64,000 nucleotides of DNA, from the NCBI GenBank assembly GCA_030390025.1, contig CM059432.1, positions 102,736,001 through 102,800,000 of the forward strand, in the 5' to 3' direction. Positions 62,385 to 64,000 of this stretch are shown here, in pieces. The notes below the pieces were generated by a model that made no database searches, was not told the origin of the DNA, and saw only the letters and a list, made by a program, of their open reading frames with translations. This stretch comes from Squalus acanthias (taxonomy: Eukaryota). Both the position numbers and the translations under genes were made by a program. The first letter of the stretch is position 1, and each line of letters opens with the position of its first letter.

Positions 62385-64000
62385 TTTTTTTTTATTCGTT
62401 CGTGGGACTTGGGCGTCTTTGGCAAGGCCAGCATTTATTGCCCATCCCTTATTGCGAAGGTGGTAGTGAGCCACCTTCTTGAACCGCTGCAGTCCGTGTG
62501 GTGAATGTACTCCCACAGTGCTGTTAGGAAGGGAGTTCCAGGATTTTGACCCAGTGATGATGAAGGAACGGCGGAATATTTCCAAGTAAGGATGGTGTGT
62601 GACTTAGAGGGCAACTGGGAGGTGATGGTGTTCCCATGCTCCTGCTGCCCTTGTCCTTCTAGGTGGTAGAGGTTACGGGTTTGGGAGATGCTGTCGAAGA
62701 AACCTTGGTGAGGTGTTGCAGTGCATCTTGTAGATGGTAAACACTGCAGCCATGGTATGCCGGTGGTGGAGGGAGTGAACGTTTAAGGTGCTGGATAGGG
62801 TGCCAATCAAGCGGGCTGCTTTGTCCTGGATGGTGTCGAGCTTCTTGAGTGTTGTTGGAGCTGCACTCATCCAGGCAAGTGGAGAGTATTCCATCACACT
62901 CCTTACTTGTGCCTTGTAGATGGTGGAAAGGCTTTGGGGAGTCAGGAGGTGAGACACTCGCCGCAGAATACCTAGCTTCTGACCTGCTCTTGTTGCCACA
63001 GTATTTATGTGGCTGGTCCAGTTAAGTTTCAGGTTAATGTTGACTCCCAGGATATTGATGGTGGGGATACAGCGATGGTAATGATGTTGACTGTCAAGTG
63101 GCAGTGGTTAGACTCTCTCTTGTTGGAGATAGTCATTGCCTGGCACTTCTGTGGCACGAATGTTACTTGCCACTTATCAGCTCAAACCTGAATGCCGTCC
63201 AGGTCTTGCTGCATGCGGGCATGGATTGCTTCATTATCTGAGGAGTTGTGAATGGTGCTGAATACTGTGCAGTCATCAGTGCACATCCCCATTTCTGACC
63301 TTATGATGGAGGGACGGTCATTGATGAAGCAGCTGAAGATGGTTGGGCCTAGGACAGTCCCCTGAGGGATTGCTGCAGCAATGTCCTGGGGCTGAGATGA
63401 TTGGCCTCCAACAACCACAACTATCTTCATTTGTGCTAGGTATGACGCCAGCCAGTGGAGAGTTAATTCCCATTGACTTCAACTTTACTAGGGCTCCTTG
63501 ATGCCACACTCGGTCAAATGCTGCCTTAATGTCAAGGGCAGTCACTTTCACATCACCTCTGGAATTCAGCTCTTTTGCCCATGTTTGGACCAAGGCTGTA
63601 ATGAGGTCGGGAGCCGTGAGGATTTGGCAGAACCCAAACCTAGCATCGGTGAGCAGGTTATTGGTGAGTAAGTGCCGCTTTATAGCACTGTCGATGACAC
63701 CTTCCATCACTTTGCTGATGATTGAGAGTAGACTGACGGAGCGGTAATTGGTCGGATTGGATTCGTCCTGCTTTTTGTAGACAGGGCATACCTGGACAAT
63801 TTTACACATTGTCGGGTAGATGCCAGTGTTGTAGCTGCACTGGAACAGCTTGGCTGGAGGTGCAACTAGTTCTGGAGCACAAGTCTTCAGCATGATAGCC
63901 GGGATGTTGTCAGGCCCACAAGCCTTTGCTGTATCCAGTGTGCTCAGCCATTTCTTGGTATCATGTGGAGTGGATCAAATTGGCTGAAGACTGGCTTCTG
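62385..64000 (-). mobile_element. Zenon-like CR1-clade LINE, 3' part (runs off the window)
   Basis: ALDIKAAFDRVWHQG, IPQGTVLGP and YKAQVRSVMEYSPLAW; poly-T tail. Confidence 0.9.

Overview
This is repeat-dense vertebrate DNA, almost certainly from a cartilaginous fish: it has HE1-like V-SINEs, a SacSINE1-like Deu-SINE, abundant CR1 LINEs and Neptune-type Penelope elements. I found no intact host gene. The main feature is a 9.0-kb LTR element on the minus strand (2494-11527) with TG...CA ends, a GTGA target-site duplication (TSD) and a tRNA-Arg(UCG)-like primer binding site (PBS), but no pol. It carries three coding parts. The first is a ~600-codon gag (coiled coil, capsid, CCHC knuckle). The second is an in-frame extension after a UGA-CUG stop, which encodes a diverged second copy of the Gag coiled-coil segment where pro-pol should be. 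The third is a probably spliced ~770-codon env made of a signal peptide, an Ig-like domain and a furin-cleaved F-type class I fusion protein with a transmembrane segment. A related 1.6-kb solo LTR sits inside its 3' LTR, and the whole element is part of a ~20-kb multi-layer nest of insertions. The window also holds an apparently intact two-gene Harbinger transposon (44236-48231) with MITE relatives, two near-full-length CR1 LINEs and a Penelope hammerhead-ribozyme remnant. Several stop-riddled, splice-site-bounded exons on the minus strand look like a fossil fibronectin type III (FN3) repeat gene. All calls come from reading the sequence by eye; no database searches were run.
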